From contig CAJFCJ010000020.1 in the NCBI GenBank assembly GCA_904063045.1, positions 1,480,916 through 1,544,915 of the forward strand: DNA of 64,000 nt, given 5' to 3'. This stretch comes from Dimorphilus gyrociliatus. Taxonomy: Eukaryota > Animalia > Annelida. Positions 34,134-47,218 of the stretch are shown in pieces. The position numbers were made by a program, and so were the translations under genes. The notes beneath the pieces were generated by a model, which worked only from the letters and a program-made list of their open reading frames with translations, was not told the DNA's origin and did no database searches. The first letter of the stretch is position 1. Every line of letters begins with the position of its first letter.

Positions 34134-37100
34134 TTACATCTTTGTTACTATAATATCCTGCTGGTTTTCATCCATTAAACTTTCATCCATTAATTCTGAT
34201 TGCTTTTTTAAGGTTCTCTCTTTATTTTCTTGTCTCTTCTGCTTAATTTGAAAAGATGTTACAAGCGATTGCATTTTATATTTATATATATATAAGACAT
34301 GGATAAAAAACCTTAAAATACATTTCCAATTCTGACGGTGGATCCGCTTTATACTTTCTTTGTCCTGTGATAGGAGGCATTGGCCATTCTGTGGGTCTTT
34401 TCTGTCTCTCTTTAAGTGATTGACTCAACGCGTGTCTTTTCTCTGTTAAGTTTTAAATTAAAAAGATGTTTTTCCCTTCCTCGAAACACTTAATCAATAA
34501 AAAATTGTGTTCGAGATAAAGAGAGAGTAGAGTAGAGTATATATAGAGAGAATGAGAGAGTGAGAGAATGGGCCAGAGAGTAGAGGTAGAGATATAGATA
34601 AATAAATAGAGAGGGGTGAAGAAAGAAGGGAAACTGCTAGATTTTACAACCAAAGTACTTAAAAAGAGTATTTTGTTGCAAAATCCATAAGCTCCAAAGC
34701 TTCATATTTATATAATAGAGTAATATTTGATACTTGTAGGTCTATATTAAAGTATGTTTTCTCAGTACCTTCAAACTTTTGGTTAACGGGGCCAACAGAT
34801 GATTCAGTATTTTCCTCGGTTATTTCTTGCAATGAAATTTGTCCTATTCCGACTACACTATTATTACTATTAGAATTGTATTCATTATCGTTGTCATTGT
34901 TGTCATCATCCTCATCATTTGAATCTGAATAATCTGCATCAGAGCCTCTACCTTTGATAGTATAGTTTGGTTTTGGTTTGTTCTGCTCTTTTGTGACAAC
35001 TCTTTGGGCTCTTTCTTGAGCTCTTTTGACAAGTTCTCCTAATAAGTCTGACGAAAATATATTCTTTTCGGCTCTCGATAGTCGTCGTTTTAAAGGAGCT
35101 TTTTCGTTTCTTTCTTTATTAAATAAATGTACCTGATCCTGGATGGATATACTTGGTCGGCGATCCCTTGCTCTATTAAACTGTTCTACGTACGGAGCCA
35201 GCATAGTCGATTGCTGAATATGTTGCGTTATTTCGTCAACTCTTGATGATCGACGACGTTGTATTAATCTATTACTACCGCTGCTTGGAGGTTGAGAATC
35301 TACTGATTTTTTGAAGGGATTAGATATTAGTTTCCCTTTGTTCGATTTAGTAGCCGACGGTAGAGGTGGAGGAGTAGGTGCTCTAGGAATGTTAGATATA
35401 AGCAGTGCATCCTGTTAAAATTATTTCGGTATGATTTAATATGAAGAGGATTGGCGATAGGTACATTGACAGTTTTATACTTACTGGTAGGGGTGGCGGA
35501 GGTGGAATAGGAGCCACATAGTCCGGTGGAGGATGAATTGATTCACAGCTCTCTGATCTAGTCAATTCTGAATGGATAGTTGTTGCGTACAATTGATCAC
35601 CATTATCATCATCATTATCATCATCTATTGTACCATATATATTCTCTTCAACAGGCTCCTCTTTCTTTAAATGTTCCTGATTATTCGACTTTATCTCTTC
35701 TAGATAAGCTTCTTCGTAAATTTGGGCTCCGCTGTCCTCTTCAAAGTCATTTTGGGAATCATATTTTGTTGCTGAACTCTTGTCCTTTGGATTTTCTGTA
35801 TTGTTACAATACTGCTCTTGAGATTTCAAAAAATTCTCAACTTTTGTTTCAATTGGTAATTCCGTAGCATAAATTGGATTTCTATTGGTAATTTCATCCT
35901 CATATATTGGCATATCATTACCGTTTGTATTTTCGTGAATTGTAGTAGGGGGTAGGTTATCAGAAGGAGTGTTTTGAGTCCTTTTTTCATAATGTGTTAC
36001 CTTTTTCGCAGAAGTTTGATTAGGAGGAAGAGGAGCCTTAGACTTTTTCCTCTTAGGTATGGGCGATGAATATACTTCGCTGTAAATATTATTAGTCGAA
36101 TTTGACGCGGAAGTAGCGGCAGACATGCACTCGAATTTTTGCCTTAAAGCGGTCACAACACCAGAAGGGTTTAAATCACCAGACTCACCTCTGTAGATAT
36201 AGAAAATAACTTTTTTGATCTTTTCTTTCGGATATTTCGTTTCGTATTTATATATTAATTAAATAAAAAGTGCTTAATTAATAATATAATAAGTTTGTCT
36301 ATCAAAAATTTACAAACATGTCAAATTGTGTAAGATCAATATTCTCTTCAGATTCATCATAGGAATCTTCACTATTCCGGTGTGTAAAATTTTGTTCGCT
36401 TCCCTCTTTCGGTAGGTAAGGTAGAGTGAATTTACGGGATTCTATTAAAAGATGTCAAATTATTTTATAGGATTATTTATAAAACTGATAATGTTTAATA
36501 AAGATGACAAACTATCTGTAAATAATCTGCTGTGAGCTGTTGATACGACTCTTTGCTCCCTAATACTAATATCTCCACTCTGAGCTTGAACCAGATTCAC
36601 TTCCCGTTTATCGTTGGCATCAAATTTTCCCGATGATTTTCTCTTATGACCCTGAGAAGATTTCCTTTCAAAAAGCTTCATAAGGCCCTGTAATATATAT
36701 GAATGACGTCAAACCCTCTCCTATATTTATTTATATTGTTTCCCGTAATCAGTTTGTTTATTGTTATTAACAAAAAGTAAATATTTTCTGATAGGTCGAG
36801 TTGGACTAAATTCGGATACTTTTCATTAAAAAAAAAGAAAAAGATTGATAAGGAACAAGTAGAGAATTTTTTGTATAAAATCTGCTTATTCCAATTTCTC
36901 TCAACCTTACCGGCTATATAATACATACCTTTCCTTTGCTTTTTGGTTCAACAGAGGACGATCTCTTCATATTATTTATGTCGTGGGTTTCTGTATAGAA
37001 TAAAGGGGTTTTTATTTTTCATTCTTAATTATTCTTACCCTATCTTCGTATTTATTAATTTTATTCCATACCATCAGCAATAATACTTTTTACCGACATT

Positions 37101-38477
37101 ATAAGAGAGGTGACGTCAATAACTTCACCTCCTGTTAGGGATTTAGCATATTTAGCGCATTCTTCATTTGAACATTGTAATGCCAGATCATAGGGAGTTT
37201 GGCCATCCTGTTAAAGGAAAGAAATCCATCTGAATGTATTAGGAGATTAATCAATAAAAATTTACACAATCTCTTAGGTGAATATCTAAGCCGGCATTGA
37301 TGAGAGTTTGTAAACAAGCTACGTGTCCTTGTGCAGCAGCATCGTGGGCTGCACTTCCTCCCCTTTCGTCTCTTAATCTTAATGCTTCGTGCCAACCTTC
37401 CCTGTTAAGTAATATATCCAAAACGTCTATATGGCCATTAGCGGCAGCCAAATGAAATACAGTCGTCCCATCTGAAGATTGATGTTGGAGGTCGCTGGGG
37501 TTTAGTTTGCTTAATAAGAATTCGACAATTTCTTTATGACCCATTTGAACAGCGACCATGAGAGGCGTTGCACCTGAATTTGTTCCTATCCTGATATCTG
37601 AATGAGCAACATTCACCAAGTACTGAAGGCAATAAAGTCTCCTCTCTTGAGCGCAATAAAAGGTGGGCGTTGCTCCAGAATTATCTCGGACGTTTACGCA
37701 TATCTTTCCAACTTTGCATAAAGGAACTAAGCAGTTATAAAATCCTCTAGCAGCAGCGTAATGAAGACCTATTTGACCTGTTTTATTCTTTACCAAGCTA
37801 AGAGTTGTTCCAAAAGCATCGACAAGCCAAGAGACGATCTCGTCGTGGCCATACTTGGAAGCAACGTGAAGAATGGTTAGACCATTCTGATCTTTTTCGC
37901 ATGCAATTGTCAAAGCTTTCAAAGGTCCTGAATAGACAATTAACTTTAGGCACTTTAAATGTTGATATTTAGCGGCTAAATGGGCGCATGTCTCATGACG
38001 AATATTTCTCAATCGAACCGGTATGTGAGAAGTCTTAAGCAACCATCTGTTATAGGAAAGATTCTTATATTTACTAAATTCATAACTGAACAAACTATAT
38101 TCTTACTTTAAACACTTGAGACTGCCTCTCATAGCTGCTAGGTGAAGAGCAGTGTGTAAGTTTGTATCGACGAAACAAACTCTTTGTTTTCGATAAATGT
38201 GTTGCAATTCTTCAAGATGATTTCTAATGATTGCTCTAGCCGCCATTTCACTATATTGATCTAATTTAATTTCGCGATTGTTATATTGTTCCTCCACTCT
38301 CTTGTATTCCCTTACCACACTATCAGCTTCAGAGGCAACATCAACTTCCGTATAAGTAGTTGTACTCGAAGCAATACCCGACGAGGCGCAATCCTCCTTC
38401 GGCATCGGTTTTGCCCAATAGTATCCAACTTCGGAAAAAGGACTATGATTGATAGATGATTCCTGCATTTCCATCAC
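34134..38477 (-). CDS. ESPN: Espin/forked-like protein: about 9-10 N-terminal ankyrin repeats, Tyr-motif and polyproline region, WH2-like helix
   Basis: The repeat order (GLTILHVASKYGH, GQIGLHYAAARG, GATPTFYCAQE, GATPLMVAVQMGH, GTTVFHLAAANGH, GGSAAHDAAAQGH, DGQTPYDLA) follows the espin pattern. Also PIPPPPPLP, PTPPPLP and SDLLGELVKRAQER. The last exons (to TAA 34134-36) are tentative. Confidence 0.7.
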
Positions 38478-39444
38478 TTCTTTTCCTTTCCAGCTTGTTT
38501 AATTTAGTGTTTTTAGCCAAAAAAGTAAAGGAGTAGGGATGCTAGAGTGAAAAATTCCTCAGAAGGAATGAACATTTTATTTTACTGATATAATATTCTT
38601 ATGATCCTGTGCCTTATCACCGATCGTATAAATTCTTACTTAAGTCAAAAAAAACTATGCCTATTTTATTATAGTATACAGTATATATTGTAACTATATG
38701 CAATAAAACCATTTTGTATAAAGACCTATTAGATTAGACCAATGTTCAGTTATGACTTTTTTGCAGCTGCTCTGTAAATTATAAATAAGTTTTTAGAGTT
38801 AAATTAATAAAAAATTGTATAACTTTTTTTATTAGTTTCTTTCAGGAAACACCCTTAATTGCTCTTCTTATCTTATCTATATCTGGTTATAAAAATTGCT
38901 TTAACTAGTTAAGTAAAGCTAGGAATGAATTGTATTATTTAAAACAATATCTATAAAAATAGCTGTTGTTAATGCGCAATCACGTATTATAGAACAGTTC
39001 GTTCATGAAGATTACAAGGAGACTTGTATATTTGATAGAATAGGCCTAAGAAAGCAAGATTTGCTTTTTATCAACATGGAAAACTTTTTAGTTTACTTTC
39101 ATCGACTTTCAACCAATTTATCATCCAAATTTTTCATCTCCATCATCACTTTTTTCTTTTAGTGATGTTGGTAAGTTTCCTTCTTTTCCTCTATCTCTCT
39201 CTTTCTCTTACTCTGTCTATAAAATGACTTTTAAAAGTTAAAAAATGTTGAAATGTCTATTTATGCTTAAATATTATTCCAAGTTTTCATTAGATACGCT
39301 GCTTTGTATCTATTTTTGATATTATCTAAACCTTTTATCACGTGACATTGAGCTATTTTGGATAAGTATTTATTTTTCCTAGCTATTTTTCAGAACCTAA
39401 GTTTAGTGACATCTATCGGTGACCTTCACTTTTCAGAGGTTACT

Positions 39445-40693
39445 ATGGTGCTCAAACAAGTTGCTTCAATAAAGAGTATACTAAACAAGATAAATATAAT
39501 TCGATCTATTTCCACTGTACGTTTTACACGTTTTTGACGTTATATGGTAATTCTATACGTGACAAAGAATCTTTTCAGGGCAAAATGCTACCGGAAGGAA
39601 CTATCTTAGGCCTAGGAAACCCATTATTAGATATTACAGTACAAACAACGCCGGATTTCCTCCGGAAATACGGCCTGAGTGAGAATGATGCTAGGTTAGC
39701 AACGCCTCAGCATGATGCACTCTTTGACGACATTCAAGAGATGAAACCCAGATATTCAGCAGGTGGCGCCACACTAAATTCCATAAGGGTTGCTCAATGG
39801 ATATTAAACCAAAGGGGAGTGACCGGATTCGTTGGAGCTATTGGTAAAGATGCTTCTGGAGGGATAATGAAATCATGCTGTAAAGAGGTCGGAGTTGAAT
39901 GTCATTTTCTAGAGACGGAAGAGGAGAGAACTGGTGTTTGTGCAGCCTTAATTACAGGAGAAAACAGGTAAAAAACAGAAAAAAACCGTAAAAAAGTTTA
40001 TGAGGGAGGACCAGTATATAGAGACATAATATTTAGATAAAATTCTTTCTCCATAGGTCTTTGGTAACCCATCTCGGAGCTTCCCTAAAGTTTGATCATA
40101 GCTTCCTGAATGAGGATTTTTCATTTATCGAAAGAGCGAATTTATATTATATTGGTGGTTTTGCTTTCGATACTTGTAAGGAATCCGTAAAGAGGATTGC
40201 TAAGCATTCAATAGAGAAGAATAAAACTCTAGTTATGAATCTGTCTGCACCATTTTTATGTCATTATTTTGCTGAAGAGGATATATTAAGCTCCATTGAT
40301 GTACTTGTTGGAAATGAGGACGAAGCAAAATCTTTGATGCGCAGTTTGAATTTTGACGAGAGTAAGACTGTAGAGGAAATGGCTGAAATTGTTCAGCGCC
40401 TTCCAAAATCTGGTTCAAAAGAACGAGTAGTTATCTTTACAAGAGGGGCTAATTCGACTGTAATTGCCAATTCCGAGAAGATATTTTATCAACCTCCCAA
40501 ACCCATTAAGAAAGAAGAGATACGTGATACAAATGGCTGTGGAGATGCATTCGTTGGAGGCTTTCTAAGTCAATTAGTTCAGGGTAAATGTCTCGAAGAA
40601 TGCGTAGACTGCGGTGCCTATGCAGCTTCAATTGTTATCAAATATTTTGGATGCGATTATCCGCCAACCTGTTCCTACGAGTATAAACCTTAG
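39445..40693 (+). CDS. ADK: Adenosine kinase (PfkB family) with a basic N-terminal extension
   Basis: LGLGNPLLDI, AGGATLNSIRVAQW, TGVCAALITGENR/SLVTHLGA, MNLSAPF, VGNEDEA, DTNGCGDAFVGGFL. Introns at 39517-39578 and 39968-40056. Confidence 0.97.
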
Positions 40694-40822
40694 AAATGGA
40701 TAAAGAAAGAGTTCTGACTGATTTTTAATCGTCTATAACATTCTACAATTTTTATTTTAATTGTAAAACTGGAAAGAAACTAATGTGATTTTGAAATATA
40801 AAAATAACCTACTGCAAATAAT

Positions 40823-41934
40823 TTATGATTGATTTAAAATCTTTCGAAACTTGCCCTGCACAAATACTCTATCGACGTCTATATCTTCTTTCTTGTTAAT
40901 TGTTTTTCTTAATATATATTCATTTTTAATAATTTCGAAACCAGCGCTTGTGCAGAGGCTTTGCAGTTTATCTAAATTAAATTAAAAGATAGGTTTTATC
41001 CCTTGGCAATAATTATCGAATTAGAATTTTAAGAATACCAGTTGTAAAGAAATACGATCTTGTGCCATCTTGCCTCACGTAAAGATTCTCATCTAGTTTC
41101 TTATTTGGTGCAAAGCGTAACATGGCATGGTCGTAAAGACCATAATCCCGAAAGATTAGTATACCACCGGGTTTTAAAACTTTATATATGTTTTCTATAG
41201 AATAAAGCATCTTTTCAGGATGAATTGCCGATAGAACAAATATCAAAGATGCAATATCGACGCTATTTGGTTGAACGGTTTCCGATAGGCTATCCTTTGT
41301 GACATCGCATTCAAACGTCTTACAACGATCAGACGCTTCGTAAATTGGATTATCCTAAATCGTAATATAAAGTAAATACACAAGGATTCACTTATAGTAT
41401 ATTACTTACTTGGAGAAATTTAACCGCTCTTGGCGAAAAATCGCAAGCGTAAATAAAAGCGTTTTTATTCTTTTCCTAAGGGTAGCAAAGTGAACATATT
41501 ACTTTCAATACAAAAAGAACTTAAGCGAAAACAAGAACCCAACCAATAACGGAAGAACAAAATTTCCAACTCCACATCCAACTTCTAGAAGAGTGATTTC
41601 TTTCTATATACATATTGATTATAGATTGAAATTTTATTTCTTTTAATTTAAACACGGGAGTTCACGTACATTTTCATCTTCTACATCACATAATTCTTCA
41701 AATTCTCTTGTTGTCCACTGCCTATCTTTAAAGAAGTTTGTAGTATTTCTTTTATAGAATATATCCCAATTTTTCTTAGCATCGATTTCTAGTTTGTTCT
41801 TTTTAAAATCTAATTTTAATAGGTTAAGACAGTTTACTAAACCTGATATACTATATATATTTACCAGAAATTTGAACGTTGGCCTCTAATCTTTCTAAAT
41901 CTTCTTCGGTAACTTCTTTTGGTGGTTTTTCCAT
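40823..41934 (-). CDS. METTL6: tRNA m3C methyltransferase METTL6
   Basis: KNWDIFYKRNTTNFFKDRQWTTREFEEL, LLEVGCGVGN, YACDFSPRAV, IFVLSAIHP, LKPGGILIFRDYGLYDHAMLRF, YVRQDGTRSYFF, RVFVQGKF. It lacks the METTL2-type N-terminus. Confidence 0.92.
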
Positions 41935-42395
41935 TTTTTAGCTATTTTAATAATGTTATTATATGAAAGAGAATGTGATTGTAGAGTTAAACTGGAATCA
42001 AATTATTATTTTCACGTGTTGTTCAGTTGTGCAATATTTTTCGTCTTAAAATCGATTATTAAAGTGAATTTTCTTATATTCTTTCAATTTTGAAGATATA
42101 ATTGCTCATAGAAAAAATTCAATGACTATTTTTCGTCTCCTTTTAAACAATTTAATTCATAGAATTGCATTTAATAGTAAAATTTGAATGAATGTCTGTA
42201 AGAGTAATATATACGAAAATAAAAGTGAGCCTTTTCAATAGGAAAAATACTAAAAATTTTATTGAATTGAATTAGTTTTTAATGGAAATTATCTTTTTTA
42301 ATAACAAAATACGAAAATAGATTGTGAAAATTTAGAGAAAGGTCATGGTCACGTTGTCGCGGAAAATGTTCAACTAAGACAATTAAAGCTTTAAA
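41935..42395. promoter_or_regulatory. Bidirectional promoter METTL6/SGSM3
   Basis: Head-to-head ATGs are about 460 nt apart. E2F-like CGCGGAAA at about 42358-42365. Confidence 0.5.
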
Positions 42396-45300
42396 ATGGA
42401 TCTAGCTAAGAGCATTTTAGGCGTTCATGCTCCAGAAGGGTACAGTTCAAAACGTCTACAACGTGAGTTTTAATCATTTATTAGATTAAAATTGATAAGA
42501 TCATTTAAAGTTAAGTGTATATAAATAGAAGTATGACAGCTGTTGTTACCGTCAGCTAAACACATTGAAGCCATGTAATAATCGATCATATTTTAGCCTC
42601 AGCGACTAGCGAATCTTATTAAAAGTGCAATGACTCTAAGATACTTAATTGAAGTGACGAACTGATACAGATCTAGTTCATTTTCAAAACTCAACTTGTT
42701 TACTTTAGAAATTTTCACATTATCCTCTATTTTCTAAAAGAAGAACACGTTATTTTTATTAATGACCGGAAATAAACAAGAATATAATATTCTACAGTGT
42801 AAATATTGTAAATATTCAGCTTTGTGAAAAGGGTTTAAACTATTCGTACGTGGGCGTATAAATAGTTCTTTTTTTATTGTTATCTATTTTATATTAAAAC
42901 TGAATTGCTTTTATATCTAGCCGAAACTTTATCCGAAGACGAAGATGAAGGAACTATAGTGACAGGAGATGGAATAAGTGTGTCTGCTCCTTTACAGTAT
43001 GAGGGCTCCGACGGATTTGTACCAACACCTGGGGGACCATTCTCAGCTCTCACAGCATCTATGTGGCCACAGGATATACTATCTAGATTAAATAATACTG
43101 TATGCTCTTTAAAATCTTTCTAAATTTATTATTTAGGCTCTTTTTCCCCTAAATTTTTTCTATATTTAGCCTGAAGATGCATCGGGTCAACTCGATTATA
43201 GATATGACGAATTTGGATTTAAAGTTGAAGAAGAAGGTTTTTATATAAATCCACCTCTCACGGATAAATATTGATTATTTTATTTACTTTGAAATATTTT
43301 GAATAGACGGTCCTGAGCAGAATTCAAGTAAACTTTTAAGTACACCTTTTATAGAAGATTCTCAACAACGTTTAAAGTGGACGGCCTATTTAGAATTTAC
43401 GCATAATGAAATTGGAGATTTAACTTGGGATAAAGTTGAAAAACGCCTACCTCGCTCTGAAAAGTTAAGGGGTATGGTTAAACAGGGTATACCTCATTCA
43501 ATGAGACCTCAAATATGGATGAGGTTAACTGGAGCCTTAGATAGAAAATTAAAGCCGGAAACTTCCTATAAAGATATGGTCAAAGCCAGTTCAATTGATC
43601 ATTTAGTGACTTCAAAGCAAATTGAAAAGGTGAATCAACCTTTTTTTTTCAACATATTGCTTCTCACACGAATATAATTTGTATTATTCATCTTTATTTA
43701 TAGGATCTTTTAAGGACAATGCCGAATTGTGCCTGTTTCAGCAATATAAATAGTACAGGGATACCTAGATTAAGGCGTATATTACGTTGTATTGCCTGGT
43801 TATATCCAGATATTGGCTATTGCCAAGGCACAGGAATGGTAAGAATTTATAATATTTTTGTTATCTTATCATTATTAACTTGAGCGATCAAAATTTAATT
43901 AAATAGATAGCCGCTTGTTTATTATTGTTTATGGAAGAGGAAGACGCTTTCTGGATGATGTGTTCTATAATTGAAGATTTATTACCCGCTTCATATTTTT
44001 CAAGTTCACTTATTGGCGTTCAAGTAAGAATTATATATTAAATAAACAATAATTAACATATATTATTTATATATTTAATTATCACAATAAAAAAAAAAAG
44101 GCTGATCAAAGAGTTTTGAGGCAATTAATAGTTACATATTTACCCGAAATTGACGAAGCATTCAAAAGTCATGACATAGGTTAAATATAAAATATACTGC
44201 ATTATGGTCTAAATATAGTTCTCTTGTTGTTTTTGCTTTAAATATTTTCTAGAAGTTTCATTAATCTGTTTACATTGGTTCCTAACTGCTTTTGCAAGTG
44301 TTGTACATATTAAAGTTCTTCTACGATTATGGGATTTATTTTTTTACGAAGGATCTACTGTTCTTTTCCAAGCCACTATTGGAATGTTAAAATTAAAGGT
44401 ATTATCGATCATTTAATAAGTTTGCTTCAAAATAATTTTAAATTGTTTCTTAGGAGGATGAATTAATATCTTTCGAAAATTCAGCTCAAATATTCAATTC
44501 GTTATCAGATGCTCCTGGTGACGTTCAAGACGTTGATGAATTATTAGATGTCAGCCTTATTAAGATCTTTTCAATATAAAATAACCTAGTTTTAATGAAT
44601 CGTCCATATTTTAATAGGTTACCTTTAAAATTTCCGGCTCCCTATCAGATGTCATTATTGATACTCATAGAAGGAAACACTTGGCCTATCTTATGGCCGA
44701 TCAAGGTGCCATTGTGAATCCTGAGTCAATGAAGAATCTTCCAAAACAGGTTATACAACAATTCAATATACTATTTCAAAGAACTGGTTAACAATACATC
44801 CTTCTAAATTTCGTGCCATAGAGATTAAATAAAAGACAACTAAAAAGGTCAAGGTCATTAGTTTCGCTTCTACTAGGATCAGGAACTGAAGAAGAAATAC
44901 AGAAAGCGAAGAATATTCAACAAACGGAATTAATGGTCAATCTTCGAGATGCAATTTCACAAGTTGGCCGCCATTTTCAGTCCTTGGATCCGAAAAATGT
45001 GAAATTAGTCTGTGCTTCTTTCATCCCAATTTCAAAGTCGTTTCTCTTAATTTGATTTAATTATTAATAGAACTTGCAAGCCGATTATACAATGGATAGT
45101 CATGCAAAAGATCTTGAAAATTATGCAAATGTAGCACGAAATAGACGGCGTCGAGCAAAAGCTTTATTAGACTTTGAAAGACACGACGATGATGAATTAG
45201 GATTCAGAAAAAATGATATAATTACAGTAAAATAGACAATTTTGGTTTATTAATGAAAAATATAGAATCTTTCTCTCTGATCAATAGATTATCTCCCAAA

Positions 45301-47218
45301 GAGACGAACATTGTTGGATAGGAGAATTAAATGGACTTCGTGGCTGGTTTCCTGCAAAGTTCGTTGAGTTACTAGATGAACGAAGTAAAAGTTATTCTTG
45401 CGCCGGCGACGACACAGTAACAGAGGCAATCACTGATTTAGTTAGAGGAGTGTTAGTACATAAGCCTATTTTCATTCCCTTTAAGTATTATATACTCTGT
45501 AAATTGTTCCTTCTTTTTTATTTTTATAGATTATGTCCTGCTATTAAAGCTATATTTGAGCATGGATTAAAAAAATCGTACATATTAGCCGGTCCAGGTC
45601 ATCCATGGTTATTTGTAGAAGAGGTTAAAATCAACAATTTAAATAGATAATCAATTAATATTAATCGATGTGCAGGCTGCTACTAAAGAAGTTGAAAAAG
45701 ATTTTCAAAGTGTATACTCAAGACTAGTCCTATGCAAAACATATAGATTAGATGAAGATGGAAAAGTTTTAACTCCTGAAGAATTATTATATAAAGCTGT
45801 TCAAGGAGTGAATCTAACTCATGATGTAGCACATGCTCAAATGGACGTAAAATTTCGATCGTTAATCTGCTGCGGATTAAAGTTTGTATTTATATATTAA
45901 ATGAATATAAAATATTTATAGTATTATGTAATTTCCCCCCTTAATCCTCAAAATAATATTAAAATAACAGTGAACAAGTCTTGCATCTCTGGCTGGAGAC
46001 TCTTTGTTCATGTACGGAGATAATAGAAAAATACTATTATCCATGGTCTTTTATGAGAAGTCCTGGATGGGTGCAAATTAAGTGCGAATTACGGTAATTT
46101 ACTAACTGTTCTATAAGTAAGAATAACATATAAACAACTAAACAAAAAAAGGAGCAAAACTATAAATAGCATATATAATTTATATACAAGTATATTATAA
46201 AATTTTTATAGAACTGACATTCTTTTTTTGTTTTTTTGTTCTCTCTATCTTCGTTCTTTTCATCTTTTTTACGTTGTCTCTAGCTATTATATTCTATGAT
46301 CTTTGTGAACAATCTTTCCCCTATATCTTTGGTTATCCGGCATGCTTACCTTCCTTTTTAGGGTGCTGTCCAACTTCGCTTTCAACTTGACGATCAGTTG
46401 GGAACTTTCGAAAAAGAAGAAAATTATTGAAGAAATTCGAGAAAATGTACAAGAAATGCTTATAAAACACCATTTGTTTAGTTGGCTAATCGATAGTTGA
46501 ACATGTTTCTCTTTTTTTTTTTAGTACTTTTGTATTAAGTTGTAAATAACTTTTTTGCTCTAATTTTGTGGAATAATAAGATATATATATATATATATCT
46601 TTATTTACTTTCTTTTTTCTTTAATATGTATGTTTAACGGTTCAATTTTTCAATTTTTTTCGAGAGAGAAAAATTATCATCTTTCTCTTTTCTTAACTCT
46701 AATTTTTTTTTCTTTTTTTTTTTAAAGCACGTTGTAATGTCTGGTTTTTTGTGAACAAATTTTTATTTTAGGGTACTTGCCAACTTACCATTTGCCCTAT
46801 CTGAAGATTGCGAACTTTCGGCACGTAAAAACATCCAAAAACGTATGCGCGAAATCAAGGCGGGAGTTTTTGATATGCTTGTTAAACATCATCTCTTTAG
46901 CTGGGATATTTAGATATTTATTAGATAATTTTTTTTATTTTGTTTGTTTTTCTCTCTTTTTCTCGTTCTTTTTTAAAAACAGCAAGAAAAAACAAAAAAC
47001 AAAAAAAAATTCCAGGATATTGGATAATTTTAGTTTTTTTGAAAAAAGACTTGACTTCCCTTTCTTTTACCTTTTGCAGATTGCTTTCGCTGTTCTCTTT
47101 TAATTTATCTAGAGATTGGGAAATACCAAATCAAAAGCAATCTGATTTGAGTCGGCCTCTTCGTGACAGTGTTAGAGATATGCTTATAAAGCATCATTTG
47201 TTTAGCTGGGATATTTGA
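42396..47218 (+). CDS. SGSM3: Small G protein signalling modulator 3 (TBC-SH3-RUN)
   Basis: [29 protein letters not shown] ([28 protein letters not shown]), SH3 ([21 protein letters not shown]...[17 protein letters not shown]), RUN ([12 protein letters not shown]...[22 protein letters not shown]), and a C-terminal KHHLFSW motif. Confidence 0.96.
46362..46500 (+). other. SGSM3: SGSM3 alternative last exon 1
   Basis: Phase-2 acceptor (TTCCTTTTTAG). Encodes (R)[45 protein letters not shown]. Confidence 0.85.
46772..46913 (+). other. SGSM3: SGSM3 alternative last exon 2
   Basis: Phase-2 acceptor (TTTTATTTTAG). Encodes (R)[46 protein letters not shown]. Confidence 0.85.
47080..47218 (+). other. 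SGSM3: SGSM3 alternative last exon 3
   Basis: Phase-2 acceptor (TTACCTTTTGCAG). Encodes (R)[45 protein letters not shown]. Confidence 0.85.

Noticed and set aside
39755-39775. Strong CTCF-like match CAGCAGGTGGCGCC in ADK
   Set aside because: It is explained by the conserved coding motif AGGAT.
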